Shown: positions 22,678 through 26,030 of the stretch, one piece after another | Layout of the letters: the number at the start of each line of letters is the position of its first letter | How positions within the stretch are numbered: position 1 is the first letter of the stretch | Origin: a virus | Taxonomy: Duplodnaviria > Caudoviricetes | Direction: 5' to 3' (one strand) | Virus record (IMG/VR): IMGVR_UViG_3300037510_000256 | Coordinates: 1 to 26,030 of that record | Length of the DNA stretch: 26,030 bases | Position numbers and translations under genes: made by a program | The notes under the pieces: generated by a model | The model's database searches: none | What the model was told of the DNA's origin: nothing | What the model saw: only the letters and a program-made list of their open reading frames with translations

Positions 22678-24852
22678 ATGGCAACAACCGGTAACGTTTT
22701 CGCAGGGACAGGCGAAAACAATGCCGGCATTGGGGCCACGGCATGGACATCGCCGACCAGCGTTACTGCCGATGACGGCACGGATGCCACGTGTAACGCC
22801 GGGGCGTCGAGTCAATATCTCGTCGCTCGCAACTTCGATTTCAGTTCGATTCCGAACGAAGCGGTTATCACTGGAATCACGGTGCGTATCGACGCATCGG
22901 AGCATTCAGCCGGCACGGAGTCGCTAAATGCTCAACTGCAGGATGCATCAGGAACGCTGACGGGCAGCTCTCAAGCCCAGACCATCAGCGGTACGACCAA
23001 GGCCGTCTACACCTACGGCAGTACCACGGATGTTTGGGGGGCGACGCTCACGCCGGCGGTCGTCAAAGACGCAGACTTCGGTGTTCGCTTCTGGTTTACG
23101 ACTTCGCATGACGTACGTCTCGACTACGTCACGATGGCGGTCGAATATCAGTTGCCGCCGACGCCGACGACAAGAGCAGCAGCGCCACAGCAAACAGTTG
23201 CGCGCGAGCGGGTGGGCTGCGCTGTTGCCTTTCTGGCAGCCGCGGCGCATATCCCAGCACCACCGGGCACCGACACGATTGGCTCGGCTCAGTACACGAG
23301 CGGCACGCATCAAGCGGCACTTGCTGAGCGGCAGTCAAAGCCGTGGGTTCGACAAACACCGACTCCGCTGATCCCGGCAGCTGCGGTTGCCGATAGCCCG
23401 GCGACACGGGTCGTCATCACGCTGCCGCAAAGAGCAGGCGAGCGTGCGCCGCAGGTTTGGCATGCGCTGATACCTTCGGATGTGATTCGAGGGCGGCTGC
23501 TCGCCACAGGACCGCAGTCGGTAGCCACACCGCAACCAGCGATCACTAAGTCGCTGATTCCGGCACCTGCAGTACTCGATAGTCCGCTTGCTCGGATTGT
23601 CACGACGACTCCGCAGCGGGCCGGGGATCTTCAGGCGAGTATCAGCAAAGCGCTGATCACTGAGCCGGTTGTTGGTTCTGATGTCATTGGTGCGGCCAAC
23701 TACACGGTTGGCACTCATCGGCCGACGCAGGTTAGGCCGGCGATATTTCGAGCGCTGATTCCAGCTGTTGTCGCTGGGACAGATGTCCAGTTCACTCGGC
23801 TGATCACCGCCGCGCCTCAGCGTGTGCCGAGCGGCTCAGCGCATGTCTACGGACAACAGCCGGGCGATATCGAAGAGCGCCTGTTCTCGCGCTATTACGA
23901 GGCCGACCAGCAGATTGGTCGGCAGCCGCAGCCGTACTTTGCAAAGCCGAGCATCAGCGGAGCGCCGCCCGATGTTCAACTTGCGCGGCTGTTCGTTGCT
24001 ACGCCTCAGCGCGTACAGCCTGGCCAGGCGCATGTATATGGATATACACCGTCGGCGGCACCATCGAACGATGTCAGCTTCACCAAGCTGATCAGCGCCG
24101 CACCTCAACAGGTGCCAAGTGGATCGGCGAGTATCGTTCGAGCTCGGATCGACGATACAGCGCTGACGAAGACGCTGGTTGTCGCAGGGCAAGCCCTCCA
24201 GCAGTTGCAGCCCGTCTTCGCGAAGGCGCTGATTGATGCGCTTCCGATCTCGACGCTTCAACCGAAGACGTTGCAGGCTGGGCATTGGTCGTGGCAACAG
24301 CCCCAACCGGCGCTGTTCCGATCTCAGATCGAACCGCTGCCGATTACAGCACCGAACGCGCGAGCGTTCTATGCATATCAGCAGGTGCTCGATCAGCGTC
24401 CGGTCCAGTTCTTTGGGCATCTGGTTGTCGAGGCGGTCCTTGCAGACAAGCCGAGCAATCGGTTCGTCACGACGGTCCCTCAATCGGAGGGCCGCAGCAC
24501 ATCGCAGGTCTGGCATGCCCAGATCAGCGAGGTCGCATTCGGTGCGCGTTTCGTGTGTGTGGCGCCACAGCCGGCCGTTACAGTCCGAGCCTGGGTCGAG
24601 AGCCCGCCAACTGCATATCAGGTGCTCGGCACCGATACAGCGATCGGCACATTCGGCTTCGCCGATCAGCGCTTTGTCCCGATTCAGTACGCGATCGCAA
24701 GTCGCATTTCTGTGTCGTGGCAAGTGGCCGGCGGCAGAGTTGCGACATTTGAAGCGAGCTTCGACGACGTATTCTTCGACTCCCAACATGACGACGGTCG
24801 GTTCGATCCGATCGCTTTTGATGTCACCCAATTCGATGCGAAGGAAGCATGA
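22678..24852 (+). CDS. 724-aa protein: ~158-aa N-terminal beta domain, ~16 degenerate 30-35-aa repeats, acidic/aromatic tail
   Basis: Repeat D-x3-(T/A)R(L/I/V)-x4-PQ...(V/I)xx(A/S)LIP visible in the translation. Confidence 0.8.
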   Translation: MATTGNVFAGTGENNAGIGATAWTSPTSVTADDGTDATCNAGASSQYLVARNFDFSSIPNEAVITGITVRIDASEHSAGTESLNAQLQDASGTLTGSSQAQTISGTTKAVYTYGSTTDVWGATLTPAVVKDADFGVRFWFTTSHDVRLDYVTMAVEYQLPPTPTTRAAAPQQTVARERVGCAVAFLAAAAHIPAPPGTDTIGSAQYTSGTHQAALAERQSKPWVRQTPTPLIPAAAVADSPATRVVITLPQRAGERAPQVWHALIPSDVIRGRLLATGPQSVATPQPAITKSLIPAPAVLDSPLARIVTTTPQRAGDLQASISKALITEPVVGSDVIGAANYTVGTHRPTQVRPAIFRALIPAVVAGTDVQFTRLITAAPQRVPSGSAHVYGQQPGDIEERLFSRYYEADQQIGRQPQPYFAKPSISGAPPDVQLARLFVATPQRVQPGQAHVYGYTPSAAPSNDVSFTKLISAAPQQVPSGSASIVRARIDDTALTKTLVVAGQALQQLQPVFAKALIDALPISTLQPKTLQAGHWSWQQPQPALFRSQIEPLPITAPNARAFYAYQQVLDQRPVQFFGHLVVEAVLADKPSNRFVTTVPQSEGRSTSQVWHAQISEVAFGARFVCVAPQPAVTVRAWVESPPTAYQVLGTDTAIGTFGFADQRFVPIQYAIASRISVSWQVAGGRVATFEASFDDVFFDSQHDDGRFDPIAFDVTQFDAKEA

Positions 24853-25328
24853 AGATCGATTACACCTTCCCTGATGCGGTCAAGGATCCGGCCGCAGAGA
24901 AGAAGGTTGAGTTGAACCTGTTTCGCTTCTGCGCGAACTACTGGCGCTCCAATGAGCTCGTTTCGATGGGCGAGTACGTTCGCCCCACAAAGGCGACAGG
25001 CTTCTCGTATCAGGTCACAACGGCGGGTACGACGGGCGATCGTGAGCCATCATGGCCGACAACCTTGGGCGCCACGGTCAGCAGCGGCTCGGCCACATTC
25101 ACGTGTGCTGAGGCCGGATTGAATGGGCTCAATGCTTTGAGCGGCCCCTCGGCAGTGTCCGATCCCACGGGAATGACTGTGACTGGGGTCGCAGTGAGCG
25201 AATCGACCAAGCTGATTGCGACCTACCAAAATGGGACGCTCGGTCAGGACTATGATGCGGTGTTTACCTTCACGCTCAACGGCATCACGCGCGTGGCCCG
25301 GCAGAAAGTGCTGATCAGGAAACGCTGA
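24849..25328 (+). CDS. Fibre-tail adaptor-like protein with an inserted carbohydrate-binding-like module
   Basis: N-terminal KDP; insert W...GEYVRPT..TGFSYQVTTAGTTG..EPSWPT; C-terminal GTLGQDY....TFT. Confidence 0.65.
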   Translation: MKIDYTFPDAVKDPAAEKKVELNLFRFCANYWRSNELVSMGEYVRPTKATGFSYQVTTAGTTGDREPSWPTTLGATVSSGSATFTCAEAGLNGLNALSGPSAVSDPTGMTVTGVAVSESTKLIATYQNGTLGQDYDAVFTFTLNGITRVARQKVLIRKR

Positions 25329-25888
25329 TGGCCGTCGTCACTTTCGATGCATCCCAAGTTTTAAAGAACGTAGGCAACCTGCCAGGCGCTCATCGTCGTG
25401 CTATATCGCGCGGCTTGAATAAGACGGCCGCGAATGTTCGAACTGCTGCAAGTGTAGCCATACGTGCTAAGCGCTCCCTCTCTGCAAGTACAGTGAGGAA
25501 GGCGCTTGCGATAAAACAAGCGAACCCGAATCACTTGGTAGCTACGCTCTCTGTGACAGGTCGCCCCATTCCACTCAAGGAATACAAGGCCAATCAGACC
25601 AAGCGGGGCGTGACCGTGAAGGTGACACCAGGGAAACCCAAGCTTGTGGGGCATCGAGGCAACAGGGCTTTCATCATCGCCAAGATAGGCGGGCATGTGT
25701 TTGCTCGTGAGGGTAAGGGCAGGCTGCCAGTCAAGAAACTCTATGGCCCATCACTGCCCGCAACCTTCTTGCAAGAGGAGGTGCGCCGAGCCTGGACAAC
25801 TGCAGCGCAGGATGCCCTGCCGAAGCGCCTTTCTGAGGAGATCAAGTTCGAGTTCGCCAAGCTTGCTGCGAAGCGAGCAGGCCGATGA
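25328..25888 (+). CDS. Lambda gpZ-like minor tail protein family
   Basis: AISRGLNKTA..VRT, GRPIPL, AFI..IGGHVF.R.GK.RLPVKKLYGPSLP. Confidence 0.85.
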   Translation: MAVVTFDASQVLKNVGNLPGAHRRAISRGLNKTAANVRTAASVAIRAKRSLSASTVRKALAIKQANPNHLVATLSVTGRPIPLKEYKANQTKRGVTVKVTPGKPKLVGHRGNRAFIIAKIGGHVFAREGKGRLPVKKLYGPSLPATFLQEEVRRAWTTAAQDALPKRLSEEIKFEFAKLAAKRAGR

Positions 25889-25990
25889 CCGCTGCGTGCA
25901 GTGCGATCAGTAAGGTGACACGATGCGTTTTGTGCGATGCGAGTAGTGACGCGGCGCGGGATGCGGCTATGCACCATCATGACGCATCGC

Positions 25991-26030
25991 GGGTCCTTCC
26001 TGTGATGCGCCACACCACGGGCGCCACGAG
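25991..26030 (+). other. cos: Lambda-like cos: cosQ GGGTCCT (25991-25997) and putative cosN ending in GGGCGCCACGAG
   Basis: CGGGTCCTTCCTGTGATGCGCCACACCACGGGCGCCACGAG resembles lambda CGGGTCCTTTCCGGTGATCCGACAGGTTACGGGGCGGCGACCT. Confidence 0.75.

Larger units (their letters stand above)
1..26030. mobile_element. Temperate lambdoid phage/prophage segment (early-left, immunity, replication, Q, late-proximal genes, cos)
   Basis: Gene order bet/ninB/int <- cI | cro -> cII-like, replication, Q-like, gpZ-like, cos-like end. Dense translationally coupled small ORFs; no recognisable host genes. Confidence 0.95.

Noticed and set aside
23836-24874. Long antisense and alternative-frame ORFs in the repeat gene
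   Set aside because: Shadow ORFs caused by codon bias
25885-26030. Open frame from the ATGA overlap to the window end
   Set aside because: Runs across the cos-like site; no motifs
1-26030. CRISPR array, tRNA, reverse transcriptase/DGR/retron
   Set aside because: No regularly spaced repeats, cloverleaf or RT motifs seen by eye; not verified computationally

Overview
About 26 kb of a GC-rich temperate (lambdoid-type) phage or prophage genome. Positions 1-12427 are a leftward early operon of tightly coupled small genes. It includes two divergent C5 cytosine-methyltransferase-like genes, an SPFH lipoprotein, two HNH endonucleases, a short tyrosine recombinase placed mid-operon, YbcO/DUF1364, NinB and a Bet recombinase. 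The immunity switch at 12.4-13.8 kb has cI-like and cro-like genes, PL/PR promoters and five ACGG-N4-CCGT operators, and its mRNAs look leaderless. A rightward replication and nin-like block follows: initiator with iterons, a stand-alone primase Zn domain, an SF4 helicase, DUF1064 and a Q-like antiterminator with pR'/tR'. The late leader is followed not by lysis genes but by a ~6.5 kb cluster of putative fibre/appendage genes: a secreted FN3 protein, jelly-roll/lectin-like proteins, a 724-aa protein with ~16 degenerate repeats, and an adaptor. A gpZ-like gene comes next, and the window ends in a lambda-like cosQ/cosN sequence. All family calls come from motif recognition by eye, not database searches. 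Many start codons were re-picked from the ORF track using ATGA/GTGA overlaps and RBSs.
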